Shown here one piece after another: positions 50,083 to 64,000 of a DNA stretch of 64,000 bases. The number at the start of each line of letters is the position of its first letter. Positions within the stretch are counted from its first letter, which is position 1. Made by a program: the position numbers and the translations under genes. The notes under the pieces were generated by a model. It was not told the DNA's origin, made no database searches, and worked only from the letters and a program-made list of their open reading frames with translations. This DNA is from Lama guanicoe. Its lineage: Eukaryota. The stretch lies in contig MU057344.1 of the NCBI GenBank assembly GCA_013239625.1, forward strand, positions 560,276 to 624,275, given 5' to 3'.

Positions 50083-50929
50083 TCACCTGGCTGAGCGACC
50101 GACCACCCAGTGGCCAGGAAAGGTCACCGGGAAGGAGAGGAGGTCTGCTCAGGGGGACGTCAAAGGGAAGCGCACCGCGGCCACGGCTGAGGGAGCACGG
50201 GCCGGAGTGGAAGAGGGCCTGCCGAGGACCTGGTCCGGGGCCTGTCATCGAGACAGCCTGATGACAAGGAGCAGGCGCAGCGGGAAGGCACGCTCGCGCA
50301 CCCGCCTGGAGCCTCCGGCACCCACTCCCAAGCACTCCTGGTGGGAGAAAGCTTAACTAAAAGCTGCGACAGAGACCACAACAGAGACACCCCAGCCGGC
50401 CCCGATCCAGGTCAGCGCAACGTGGGAGTAAGTCTGCTCCTCACTTGTCTGAGGGGCCCACGCACAGAGGGCTGCTGACGGACACCGCCTTCGGGGTGTC
50501 ACACGGCGACCCCACCCTGGGACGGGGCCTCCTGCTGACACTCAGTGGTCAGGAAAGCTCAGCCAGAACTTTCCACGTCTTCTCAGAGCAACACGCGGGC
50601 TGGTTTCAGGGAAGCCTAGGGAAGCTCGTCCACCTCCCACACTCATTAGCGTCACAGCTGAGGACCGGGACCAGCCTCGGCTGGATGGAACGGCGTCCTC
50701 TGCTCCTGGCCTCGCCGACCCCATGGCCCTGAGCTGCGGCATGAGCCTGGCCTGTCGGGGCAGAGGCAGCGGAAGCTGGGGGTGTGATGGGCTGGGAGAG
50801 GGCAAGATGGGCTCAGCCCAGAGCAGAGGGAGGCCAGCCTAGAGGCATCGATTGCGCACATGTGTCAGTGCTGGACGGCCTCACCTCCCGCATGACTGTG
50901 TTCTAATGCCCTTGGGACCATGCACCTCA

Positions 50930-51352
<423 letters not shown>

Positions 51353-51953
51353 TCAGCGCAGGCGGAGAGGGATCAGAGACCAGAGGTGAGCGCCCTGTGC
51401 CAGGGCTAGCGCCGGAGGGCCTGTCATCCCTCCATCCCAGTCCTCTTCCCAAAGGACAGTGTGGTCATCACCGTGGGGCTGTGCTTCCCCGCAGGACACT
51501 CACAAGGCCAAGCCCCTTGAGTCAGGGTGACACAGAGAAGGGAAGGCTCCTTCAACCAGCTGTGCCCCAACCGCGAAGGGTGGGGGACACAGGCCTGGCT
51601 CAAGGGTCAGCGCCCTCCGCAGAGGCTGTGCTGGGTGAGTTACTGCTCTGTCCGCCCCCAGCCCAAGGGAGGGACCCGAGGGAAGGACAAGACACCCATC
51701 ACTGGCGCGACCTGCGCCAGCACAGCAGAGGCACCACAGTGTTGGTGAGCTGCAGTCAGCACGGAAACGGCTGGCTTCTCAAGGACACAGCACCTCACAC
51801 CTGTTGCCTGAAGAGAGTTTCTGTAAATTACAGGGTATTTGCATAGAGAAGAGAGGACATCTCATTCTGAAGAACATCCTGCGGCTCACAGATGTCACCT
51901 AACTTGCTGACAGGGTGAAGGGCCCCCAGCCCCAGGCCAAGACCCCAACTCAC

Positions 51954-52155
51954 ACAGATGGCGTTGATGTCGGACTCGTGGCCGGTGAAGGTCTGCCGGC
52001 ACATCCCTTCTCGCACGTCCCAGAGTTTGGCTGAAGCGTCGCAAGCACCAGAGACAAAGAGTCTGCTGTCCGGAGCGAGAGAAAGGCTCATAACGTCCCC
52101 AGTGTGTCCAGTAAACGTGGTCGTCTGCTGGCCGGTCTCGATGTCCCACAGAGCG
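51954..52155 (-). CDS. GNB1: GNB1 exon 9
   Basis: [29 protein letters not shown]...DINAIC; 202 nt. Confidence 0.97.
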
Positions 52156-53598
52156 CTGGAGCAGGAGCAACCAGAGTCGTCACAGGACAGACCGCCCTCA
52201 AACCACCCGGCCCTGTAAACCTCTGCCCTGCACTCAGGACCAGTCTACGCTCTGTGACGCGGCTCTGTGCACAGAGCTGGGCAGAGCAAAGTACAGGTGA
52301 GGACATGCCCACAGGCCTCACTGTTAACTCTGTCTCCGTCCACTCCAACGCCAGCAAGAGGGGAGCCCGGGTCCCTTTCAAGCAGGGACACTGGGGGGCT
52401 GTGCCTCTGTGACCTGTGCGGGTCATGGAGGGCAGCAGGAGGCCCCTGGCTCACGCCCCAGATGGGACAGAAGATGCATTCTGTCTGCTGCGGCCAGCTC
52501 TGTGACACAGGGGACGACAGGGACAGTGCCAGCGACAGTGACTGTGTCCCACGGCCCCTCCTCGGACAGGCAGACAGGAGGGCAGCTAGCGCTTGAGGAG
52601 GAGAGCTGAGCCCAGTGCCCCATGGCCGTCAGCCTCTGTGGTTACTTGGGGGAGTTGAAGGTGGGACGCCTGAGCCCTGAGCACAGCGGGCGCTGTGTCT
52701 GTGAAACTGCTGGCTGCATTTCAGCCTGGCAACCCAAATCCCAGCAAGCAGGGCCTCATTAGGGCCTGCGGACTACAAAAAGCCAGACAGTTCCAGACTC
52801 TGAAAAACATCATTCATAAATGAAAACACTTTAAAAAATATGTTCTATCAAAGAAACTCTTCCCAAATTGACAGTCTAGATAGACTAAGTCTTTTGTGAA
52901 TCTATGCACATGTACAAAAAGGACCACTCATAAAACAGGGCAACTTGGATAAAGGAGACAGGACCTGGCCCAAGGCAGCCCCGCCCCGCCCCTCCCCCAA
53001 TGTGATGGGGCATCTGAGCCACCACATCATGCCTTAGAAGACCAGAAAACCCACAGGGACAGTTTAAGTCTAAAATGACTCAACCACCTGACATTTAAAT
53101 GACATGCTTTGGTGCCATAAGTGAAAACTCAAGAGTTTCAGTGATCTTCTCTCTATAAGGAAAGTGAAACTCTAAAAATTAAGTAGTTTGATATAATTCA
53201 TGTGAAATTGTGACACCTGCTATTTCTAAGCTGTCACAGCGTCCGCAGTGAGACATGCTCTCCTAAGAGGGGGACCAGGGCACACCCACTCCCCCAAAGG
53301 GCTATTAAACACCACCTGAACAGGTGGGATGTGCAGGGAAAAAGAAAAGCCGGCACATCATGCACAGCGGTAGTCTCAGTGTCTGTAAACCAGTTCTACC
53401 TTGTTCAGAATTGAACTCTGAGCTTTAAAATCGCTCAGAGCATAATGAAGTCACCCATCACCCACTGCCACCCATGTTTCAAGTCTAGTGGCCATTTTCA
53501 GTTAAAACGGCCTGATTAAGGTGGAGAGTCTGATTTCCAGATGTCATGCACTCTGGGGCGAGGCGAGCAGCGTGAGAGAGGGTGGCACCTGGCACTCA

Positions 53599-53793
<195 letters not shown>

Positions 53794-55465
53794 TCAACCG
53801 CATCACGGGGCGAGAACCGGGGCCCGGACTCCATACGCAGAGGCCCTCGCAGCACAGCGCCCGCGGCACAGGGAGGGCAGCAAGTTCGGGGAGCGCACAC
53901 CCTCCTCTACCCGGCCCCCCAGCACGCCGGGCAGCAGCACTCTGGACCCGGACACATCCGTAAGCAAAGGGGGTGAGCACAGAGAGCAGGCACGTACTGT
54001 CCGGGAGGAGGAGGGCAGGGCGGCCCACGGAGGTCTCCCGAGCCTCCCAGGGGCTTGGCCAGAATGGAGGGCGGTCCACGGGCGGTTGCAATGGCAAAAA
54101 CATCAGTGTGGAAGCAGTTGTGTGGCCACAGCGCATGGGAGGGGAGCCCAGCCCCGACCGGCCTTTGGAATGGGGCGGGGGAAGGCCAACAGCTCCATAG
54201 CACCTGCTCGGGAGCTCCACTTAGCCAGCCCTGCTCACCATGACCCCTGCTGCCCCTGGGTCAGTGACCCTGGGAGTGGCAGGTGCAGGGCAAGCACAGC
54301 TGGCCCCGGAAGGCCTGGGGCTTCCCGGAACGGTGGGGAGTGGCCCTGACCTGGGCTGGCCAGGCTCCTGCTACGCGTGCCCATTTCCCGAAGCCTCTCT
54401 TCCCAGCCCACGCCAGAGCCACGTGTGACGCTGTGCAAACAAACAGGAAACCCACTGAAGGGTGTATGGGGAAAGGGTAAGCATACAGAGAAAGTAAAAC
54501 ATTTATCTAACGAGTATTACTATACTGCCTCCCATAAAAAACACACCTAGAAATGACAACCTTCAGAATATCAACGTGTGCCCAGAAGAGGGCATGAGGT
54601 CGAGTGCTTCCTGGAGGCCATGCCCCGGCCACGGGACCCTGGGCACCATGTGGCCAATGCCCAGCGGGAGAGGAGTGGCCGGGGCCGCAAGGTCGTGGAC
54701 GACAAGCCCCCACTCCGCGTGTGCGCACCCCAAGGGGCTCCCCCCCAGGGTCCTGAGCTCCCTGCCTGCTGAGTCCCAGCCCGAGGGCCTGACCAACCAC
54801 AGCACTCACTCCCTGGCACTCTGCTCATGTCAGTTTCACCATCCCCTCCAGGAACCAGCCCTGGGCACCCGACCCCATCTGGTGGGTGCCCATCAGACAG
54901 GCCCAGGGACTCTCATACTCGCCATCCTAGCGCCAGCCCGTCTGACCCGGGAGCACAGCAAAGACAGGAAGGAGGCTCCCGGAGACCCCAGCCCACAGGC
55001 TCCTCACAGGACCAATTAGGGCACTCCAGGGTCGACTGCACAAAGAAACATGGCCTCAACGACGCCCTCTGTGCAGGTGGTGGTCCAGCCACGTGGGCCC
55101 CAGGAACCAGAGAGCCAGCACCCGGTGGTGCTGGTGGTGCTGGAGGCTCTTTCGGCCCCGGGTGACCAGCGCACGTCAGCCGACCCCCTGGAAGCGGGGA
55201 GGCTACAGGAGACGACTGCGTTTACAAAGCCACAAATGGTCCTGGAATCATAACGCTGTTAGGACCCACTGATCCACGCCCATGAAGAGGAGGAGTGGGG
55301 CAGAGGCGTCGCAGGGTTCCTGGGGGACTGGATGGCACAGGCGGTTTGGCTTCTAATTCCTGACTCTTCCATGACTCTGAGCTCTGAAACACACACAGCC
55401 GGCCTGAGCAGTGCAGGGGGGTTAAGAGCGCTGGCCTCCGAGAGGTTGAAAAGCCCCGAGTGACT

Positions 55466-55606
55466 CAGCTGGCCCTCGGTAACCTCAGCACCTCCGCGTC
55501 CTCGGGTTCAGCCAACCATGGATCGAGCAGTGCTGTGTTTAGGGAGAAATGTCCACGTGGAAGTGCACCGATGCAGTTCAGACCCGTGCTGCTCAAGGGT
55601 CAGCTT
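55466..55606. mobile_element. Tigger2/MER8-like MITE
   Basis: Terminal inverted repeats cagctggccct / agggtcagct; internal gcagttcagacccgtgctgctcaagggtca. Confidence 0.6.
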
Positions 55607-58600
55607 TACATAAGTATTACTTTCAATTAAAGAGCCAGGGCTGCTAGCGCATAATCTTATAACTCATTTTTTGGGTCCTTTTGCATTTTGTAAGTTGAGG
55701 GTAAAAGACAATAACCAGTTAGAGATTATAATTTTTACGAAAACTTTTTTCCTCCCAGAAAGAAAATGTGGAAACCAACTTTCACGTTAGGTTAACAGCC
55801 AAGTACTGGGCGTCAGTGCTGCGCAGCCTGAGACGGGAGCCCTCAGACACGAACGCCGAGCTGTCCAGCCCGGTGGGCACGGCCGCCAGGCCCGCGTGCT
55901 ACATGTCCCGGGAGGCCGGCAGCGCTCCGTGCGCACGGATGCCAGCAAGGGGTGCCCAGCCTCCAGGGCCGTTCTGCCTGGGAGGCAGGAGACGGCTTCA
56001 GAATGGGCCCTGAAGTCAGAACCACCTGGGCTCTGTGCTCAACCAGACACTAACCAGCAGTGAGAGTTCCTGCAGGCTCTCCCCTGAGACCCAGTCTCCC
56101 CAGATTAACTGGCGATGGTTCTGGAGAAGGGGCAGAGCTGCCTGTGCATCCACGCTCCCAGTACAGGGCGGTGGGCCACTGCCTCTGTCATCATGGAAGA
56201 ATGAGCAACTTCCCTGAAGGGACTCTGCGCGCGTGTGACCTCGGCTGAAGACCACCGCCTCCCAGGGGCAGGGCTCTGTGCTACAGGGTGGCCGGCCTGG
56301 CGGGCTGCTGCCTTTCAAGTGTCCAGAGGGGCAGGAAAGAGACCGTGACAGAAGTGGGCACCAAGTGTGGAGGTGCCAGGCCTCACAGAGACCACAAGTA
56401 GCAGTGGCAAGGTGGGCTGGGGACAGCCTGGCACAGGGACGACGCTACAATGTCCAGAGGAAGGAGGAGGCCTGAGGGGAGGCAGGGCGCAGGCTCTCAG
56501 GGCAAGGACCCCAGTCGGGGCGGGGGGCACTATCAGGAGGTGTCTTGTCCTGAGGATGGAGCGAGGCATCAGGGTGGGAGCCTGGTTCCTAGAGGCAGGC
56601 ACACTTACCTCCTGACTGGGAGCAGCTGTTGACCCAAGAGGGCTGAAATCAAACAGCTCCACTAAAGCAACTCACCCCCAGATAGTGGTGAGGGCCTGGG
56701 AGCTCGCTCACCTACAAGAACACTACTTACTGCCTCAGTGTTTGTACTAACGACCAACTGGGAACGGCCTAAATGGCCAACTACAGAGACAAGTCAGCAC
56801 GCCATACAACGGAAGCCTCCTCAGCTCTCGGAATGACCTTGTAGCTCCAGGTGGGATCAGAGGTTAAAGACACAGAAGAAGATAACTGAGAGTTATTTCC
56901 CCAAATTCCTACAGGGAAAGGCACTGGTATTTCAGCCCAGGCACCGTGGAGGGCAGTGGGGCGCCGGGCTGTCCACGAGGCTGCGGTGGCCGCCACTCCC
57001 GGGGAGCAAAGTCTGTCCTGCTCTGGGAAGGAAGGAGTTTTCGGCCTACAACTGGAGGAAGAGCTGCCCGCCCCACGCAGAGGTGCACACAGGGGCAGCA
57101 GGACACGTTCTCTGAGAAGTTAGGTGAAAAGAGAACGCGGTACCCCGAGGGTCTCAAAGTGAGGAAAATAAGCAACAGCTTTATCAGGAGAAAGGAGCCT
57201 TGCAACACCCCAGAGACAAACTTATAAAATGCTGATGGCAAAAGATGAAATCAGATGCAAACAGAAGAGGGCCAGGAGTTTAGTCCATTCACAAGGCTGC
57301 GTGGCCTCATCCTCTCGGCCTCGGAGGTCGGCAGAGCTCACCGCCACCTCAGGATGGTCTGAGGTCTGGACCCAGGCTGGGGTGGATGTGGGACCCACAG
57401 TCGTTCAAAGGGAGGCCAGCGAGGATGCACGGCAACCCTGGAAAAGGGTTCTCTCTGTTCCAGGGCTGCTTTGCCTGCGAGGTGGAGAGGACGCTCGGGA
57501 GCCGGCGGAAGGGAAGCCGAGGGGCGGGCAGGCGGGCACTCTGTGCGGAGGGCGGCAGGCCCCCAGCCCCGGGCAGTCCGGGAGATCAGTGAGCAGTGGG
57601 ATCTGAAGTTCCCAGACTGTGACCACAAAACACCTAAAACGGATGTCATGTTAGACTAACTGCCAAAGAACAGGGCACCAGAGAGTGGCCCAGCTGTACT
57701 TCCGGGGGCAGATGGAAGGGACCACTCTCCTCCTGTGCTCGAGTCCGCTGGTGCCTGTCGGAGGAGAGCAGCTCGCAGGCAGTGGGTCCGACCCACGGGG
57801 CTCTCATAGGGCTTTCACGTTCAGCCCAGCAGCAGGAACACCTGTCCTAGGAAACACGGCTCCAGCCCCCACAGCAGGTTCCTGAGCAGCGAGGCCATGC
57901 GGCCCCTGGGAGGCCCCCAGCTCAACCCTCGGCCACGGCGGCCTCAGAAGGGGAAGCGTGTCTGCACTGCGATGGGAGGGCTGGGAAAGGAGACCTCTAA
58001 GAGCAAGTGTCCAGCTTTTGCTCTGGGAACAGTCTGCGAGACCGGGCCTGACACTCTCGTCAGAAACGAACACTAGGAAATTACTAATTCCTCAAATGTA
58101 TACTCTAGTGCCTTAGTGACCAGTGCTTTCACCAAACCAGCACCCGGACAGCCCCGTTCTCTAAGTAGAACAGTCGCAACAACAACAAAGGCCCCGCGCG
58201 GTCTCCGTGGACTCACCCGACTCGCCGTCCGGGGCGTCCTTCACTCTGTGAGACACATGTAAAGGCAAGACACCAACAAGACAGAAGGCCGTCTCGTGTC
58301 TTCTCTCCCAAGTATTTCCACAGCCTGGGGGCCGACTCTAGAGAAAGAAGCTTCTGTTTGTTCCACACGGGCCCTTACACTTGAACAGAAAGCGGACCGC
58401 CGGGATCTCAGGCCTGAGGCTGACCGCAGAGACCGGTCCCCTCCCACCGACAGACACGGCTGCGCTCAGCTCGCGGAGCCTGCCGAGGAGAGCCAAGACG
58501 GGTCCTGTGCAACTCAGTTTCCAAGATTCTGCAGGAAAAAATCCCAACCATGACTTGACAAAGAGTTCTTGCCTCAAGGCTCAGGCCCAAGGAAGACACC

Positions 58601-59399
58601 TGAGGGATGACACTGCAGTGGTCAGACAGACGCTTGGAAGGTCTGAGACAAGGCAAAGGCGGCACGCCGCCCGCCACGTGGACCCCGCCTGGGCCGAGCT
58701 GCCGTAAGCTCGTCGGATGTTAACCTGTGCTGACTCGAAGCTGAAAATTAAGTATCACGTCTGAAGAAAGTTACAAAGAGACCAAATGTTTAAAAAAAAA
58801 CGACACTCAACTCCCAAGAAGAAAAATCTCACACTATATAAAGAAAACAAAATTCCTAGAACATTTCCTCTGACACTAGTTTTATTATTATTTTTGTTTC
58901 AGCAAACAAACAGTGTTAAAATTAACTGAAAAGATTTTAATTGAAGACGAAGTCCACACCCTGAAGCTGGTGGCAGACAAGACTGACACCCAGCGAGAAC
59001 ACGCGTCAGGCGTGCGCTCGCAGTGCTCCGGGCACGGCGGCGCGTAGAGCGTGCCGTGCCCATCAGACAGGGCGCGGGTTCGCCAGGCAGCGGCCCACAG
59101 GAAGCAGCCGGGAGCGCCGGACAAACTGAAAAGCAAACACCTAAAAGCCCTGCAACAGGCACAAGCTGGGGAGCCCGCGCCTGGAAGAAGGGGAGGCCCC
59201 GGGGGCTGCTCTCAGGGCATGCCACCCGGCGGGGGGCCCCCCGCTGTGATCGCCAGCATGTGGCTGCCCTGAGCCGTCAGCGCTGGGGCCCCACCTCCCT
59301 GAACAGCCAGAGCTGGGGGTGAAGGAAGAAAGCCTGGAAAGGAGGCCTCACGGGCCCTGACAGCACGCCCCAAAGTGCCAGCATCGGTCTGAGCCACAC

Positions 59400-61650
59400 G
59401 ACCTGGCTGCTGCCTGACAGAACCAAGCACCGGCGCTGCCAGAGAACCCCGAGTTTCCGTGACGCAACATTCACCAAGTCCAGGACGCAATTCAGAACTC
59501 TAGCCATCCTGAGAAATAGGAAAACGCCACCCGTATTCAAGAGAGAAGAGCTGTCAAGACCAATCTCAAGGGATTCGCCCCTGAAACCGGCAGCCAGGAA
59601 ACTTACAGGCAGCTCCTAGAGCGCCGTTCCAGGGTGTCAAATGCGCTCAAGACAAACAGAAAGCCAGGAAACCTCAGCAGAAACATGACGACTTTCTTTT
59701 TCGAAGCAAACATTCTAGGACTGCAGACCAGAACACGTGACACAGACGGTTTGCTGGGAGTCCTGACAGTGCCCTGGCGGTGACAAAGTCACACGTGCTG
59801 GAGGACAGATCTGAAACGAGCAAATGTGAAGGGGCGGGAGACCAAAGAAGAGCGAGCAGAGCCACAGGGACCTCAGCACTGACGTGCACGCCACTGGAGC
59901 ACGGAGGACGCAGAATGGGGCGCAGGTGTCCAGAATCCCCGAACTTCAGTGAGAGACAAAACCTCACAGATGCAAGGTGGTAAAGCACAGTAAGGAGAAT
60001 TGCTCCGAAGCCTATCCGTCGTGCTACCAGAAGCAAAGAAAAATTGCTAAAGTGCTAAAAGGTGAAAAAAAAAAAAGAGCGCCCACTCAGAATTCAGTGT
60101 GTCCAGCAAAACACTCCTCAAGAATGAAAAAGGGGAGGGTGTAGCTCACTGGCGGAGAGCGTGCTTAGCATGCACGAGGTCCTGGGTTTCATCCCCAGCA
60201 CCTCCATTAAAATTAAAAAATAAAAATAAATCCAATTACCTCCCCTGCACCAAAAAAAAAAAAAAAAAGGATTCTGAAGGACAACGGACGTGTCACATAA
60301 ATGAGAAGGCAGAGAACGCACAGCGGGCAGGTCTGCACCGACTGTAAGAAACACCGAAGCAGCTCACTGGCTTGCAGGGCCCCAGGAGAAGGCTCACGGC
60401 TCCCGTGACAGACAAGCACTAGAAATGGTAAAAATCCGAGTACATGCAAAAACACTACTCAGATTTCTTCAAGCAGCTAGGAATGTTTAAAGGAAACAAA
60501 ACAACGTATTGTGGGGGCTTCTAACACATGTAGATGTAACAGCAATGAAACTTCATAAAGAGCGAGGAAGGGCAGAAAATGGGCCTTTAAGGCCCGAGGT
60601 TCTTGCATTTTACACAAACGCTGCAATATTAACTCTGAGTGGACCATGAGAAACTGCAGGCGTAGGTGGTCATCCCCACATAGAGCACTGAAAGACAAGG
60701 CAAAGAGGGACGCAAACGCCCTCAGACAGAACTAACACAAAATGCTAACAACTCAAGTAGCCAGGAAGAAGGCAGGAAAGGCGCGCATGGGGCCGCCTGT
60801 GGGGAGGAGGCAGCAGCGGCCTCCACGCCGGCTGAAGGCAGAGGCACCGCAAACGGACGAAGAGCCGACTGCGTGCTGCCTGTGCGCTGCCTGCGAGGAG
60901 CTGTTTAGAAACGCTAAGCTGAGCGAAGTGAGGGGCAAACACAGCAGGCAGGCGGGCGCAAGCACGGGAGGCTGGAGTGGCTGTGCTGCGCTTTTCCACA
61001 GTGCTCTGAGGGACAAAGGGGCACTTCAGTGCGGCAGGAGGGCCAAGTCGTCCGGAAGCCGTGACTGTCAGAGGTGCACCCGCTTCACTGCCGGAGCTCA
61101 ACACGCACGAAGCAGAAACTCCCCATAACCAGAGATGCCAGCATCCCCACCTCAGTACCTTATAGAAGTAACAGCAAAGTACAGAAGATCGGAGCAGTGT
61201 CACAAGTCCTGTGCTGCGGGACACACCGAGAAGCCACCTGGCCAGCACACGACAGACTGGCCCGCGAGCAGCACGGCGGTAACCGCCGCCCCGCTGAAGG
61301 CAGGTCTCTGTACACGTGGAAAAGCTGGAACGGCACAGGGCGTGTTCTCTGAACATAACCTACTACTGATTTTTAATCAAATGCTGCTGTATCAGAAAAC
61401 TTCAGATACTTGAATATTAAGCAACCTGCTTCTAAGTAACCCAAGAATCAAGTCGTCAAAGGGGTATCCAAAATATTCCACGCTGAATGATACTACAGCT
61501 GAAGCATGCTTGGTGGGCAATTTATAGCTTTCAGTGCTTATATCTGAAAAAGAAGGAAGAAACTCCGGAGCAAGCCAAAGGCAGGAAATGACACAGGACA
61601 GCAATCAATGAACAAGGGAGTCTATCCCTGAAAGGACAGAGGATACACTC
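59400..61650 (+). mobile_element. Highly degenerate L1M fragments in GNB1 intron 7
   Basis: cccactcagaattcagtgtgtccagcaaaa (ORF1-like); aagcaacctgcttctaagtaacccaagaatcaa, gggcaatttatagctttcagtgcttatat (ORF2-like). Confidence 0.6.
60132..60268 (+). mobile_element. tRNA-Ala-derived SINE (Vic-1-like)
   Basis: ggggagggtgtagctcactggcggagagcgtgcttagcatgcacgaggtcctgggtt...; poly(A) tail. Confidence 0.88.
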
Positions 61651-61855
61651 CTAACGGGCCAGAAGTGAGGCAGCAGCCCGCCTGGCTGGAGTGAAAAGCA
61701 CTCCCTCGGTCACGGCAGTCTCTGCTGCACGCGAAGAATGCGAGCCCAGTGGAGGGAACCCTGACCCGGACAGACAGCTAGAGAAGTGAACCACCAGGGC
61801 GAGCCCCACTGTTTCAGAAACAGGCCTTTTTGTAACAGCCAGTAACAACTATCAC

Positions 61856-61882
61856 AGTTCACAGGTCACAGGTCACAGGTCA
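61856..61882 (+). promoter_or_regulatory. Tandem DR1 nuclear-receptor half-site array
   Basis: AGTTCA c AGGTCA c AGGTCA c AGGTCA. Confidence 0.5.
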
Positions 61883-62343
61883 GCTGAACACAGCAGAGCG
61901 CCACCACCGGGCGCCCGCAAGCTGGCTACTTCAGAACTGAGCCTGTGGAGCACAGGCCGTGTCCTCTGCAACAGGGAGCTAAGGGCACCAAGTATGCTGA
62001 GGGACAGTGAGGGGGTACGCGGATGAGCACCCGTGTGTGCACATGGGCACACGTGTGCTTAGATCGGGAAGCCCTGTGGAAAGGCGCTCAGGACTGTCGA
62101 CAGAACGGAAGACAGGAGTGACCCACGTGCTCAAGAGCCTTGAGAACGGGACGCTACGTGACTCAGACCCAAAGGCTGCTGAATGGTAAGCGCGGTCTCT
62201 GGTTTCATTTTCAAAGTACTCCTGGCCACGACTGTTGCCAGGCTCGGTAAACAGTCCCAGAGGAGGAAGAGGCGAGCACTGGAGCAGACGACCGTGCCGG
62301 GCACGCAGCGCGCAGCACCGTGCGTCACCAGGAGAGCGAGTAC

Positions 62344-62506
62344 CTGTGTGTCCAGCCAGCTCACGACTCACACGCACGTTCCCTTCGCGGGTCTTCAGAT
62401 TGTAAATGGAGCAGATGTTGTCCAGGCCACCGCAGGCCACGTAGTTCCCGGAAGGTGCATACGCACATGTCATGACCCATGAGGAGCGCAGAGGGATGGC
62501 GTGGAC
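62344..62506 (-). CDS. GNB1: GNB1 exon 7
   Basis: [54 protein letters not shown]; 163 nt. Confidence 0.97.
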
Positions 62507-63082
62507 CTGAGTGACAGAACATGCGTGAGCAGCTAGCTCAAGTCCAAACATCAGCTGCTGACGCTGTGGTTCTAGTTCTGCCTGCAACTTCCACTGCAAG
62601 GGAGGGGACAAGACGACGGCCAAAACTATCCCGACAGTCATGCACACATATGGCCAGTGAGGCAAAGGAGCGGTCCAATCAGAAACCCGGGCCCTCAGCA
62701 ACCTCGCCTGGAGGTTTGCCGAAGTCACCACTCAGCCAGGCGGGCTCGCGGGCGATGGCAGAGGGCCACCTCGTCCCGGCTGTGTGCTCTTAAGCTGGCA
62801 GGGCAGCTACGGAGGCATTTACAAGATGAACCTTCTTTACCAAAGTAACCACACCGGACGTTTCTCTAACTACCCTGCCACACCCCTCCCCACCGCGTCT
62901 CAGACCCATCTGTGTCAGCGCCGCAGTCTTCTGCCAACCTTTGGCCTCATCTGGCGAAACACAGCCGTGCTTCCCCTGTCGTGCCCGCTTAGGCCGACGC
63001 CAGTTCCTTCCATTCACTGTGATACAACTTCCGATTACCCTTTTAAAGGCTTAAGCGATACTTCAAAGTACACTGCCTTTCA

Positions 63083-63526
<444 letters not shown>

Positions 63527-64000
63527 TTACTGACCACCTGCATGTCAACATCACATTTGCTTGAGAAAAAGCACACTTACCTAGAAGCCAGGGAAAAAAA
63601 AACCTGTTAGACCAACTCTGAAAGCATGACAAGAAAATACTCCCACAGGTTAACAGTTCAGATTCAAGACGGCTTATCTTCAAGTGCAGACTGGGCCAGT
63701 CACCCCCTTGGTCAGGCAGGACAAGCCGACTTCTTAGAACCCTCCTGTTTGGGTCGTCATACATCAGATTTGAGAGCTACAGATCTTTCAAGAGCCAAAG
63801 ATGGTAGAAAACATTTAGTATATAATTTTCTGTTCCATTTGGACACTCAGAAAGCCTAGATATAAAGGACAAGTAAGTTTTTAGATCTTCAAAATTTAGG
63901 GGCCGTTTCTCACCAAAAATATGCCAAGAAAATTTCCCAGGCTGAACTAAAACTGGAATCCACGTCTCCTGGAAACATAAAGGAGGCTCTCACTTCCCAC

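Noticed and set aside
54800-55250. Possible ERVL/MaLR internal relic in GNB1 intron 7
   Set aside because: Similarity too weak to support without a profile search

Overview
Mammalian genomic DNA. The tRNA-Ala-derived SINEs point to a camelid (inference). The window is orthologous to human 1p36.33 and holds four minus-strand genes: the 5' end of CDK11 (exons 1-4), complete SLC35E2B (8 coding exons, 405 aa), complete NADK (11 coding exons, 451 aa) and the 3' half of GNB1 (exons 6-12). Exons were placed by hand from splice sites and recalled human/mouse proteins, and the frames join correctly. Almost all listed six-frame ORFs are GC-rich noise. Best leads: (1) a near-perfect 153-bp tandem duplication across the NADK exon 8 donor whose junction creates a new acceptor, a possible in-frame 87-nt exon and a 66-nt mini-intron; (2) a candidate internal NADK first exon with forkhead sites that would delete the Akt-regulated N-terminus; (3) a strong-Kozak uORF and a GC-AG intron in NADK; (4) a frameshifting cassette exon in CDK11; (5) a four-half-site DR1 nuclear-receptor array in GNB1 intron 7. 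No prokaryote-type system or CRISPR array is present.
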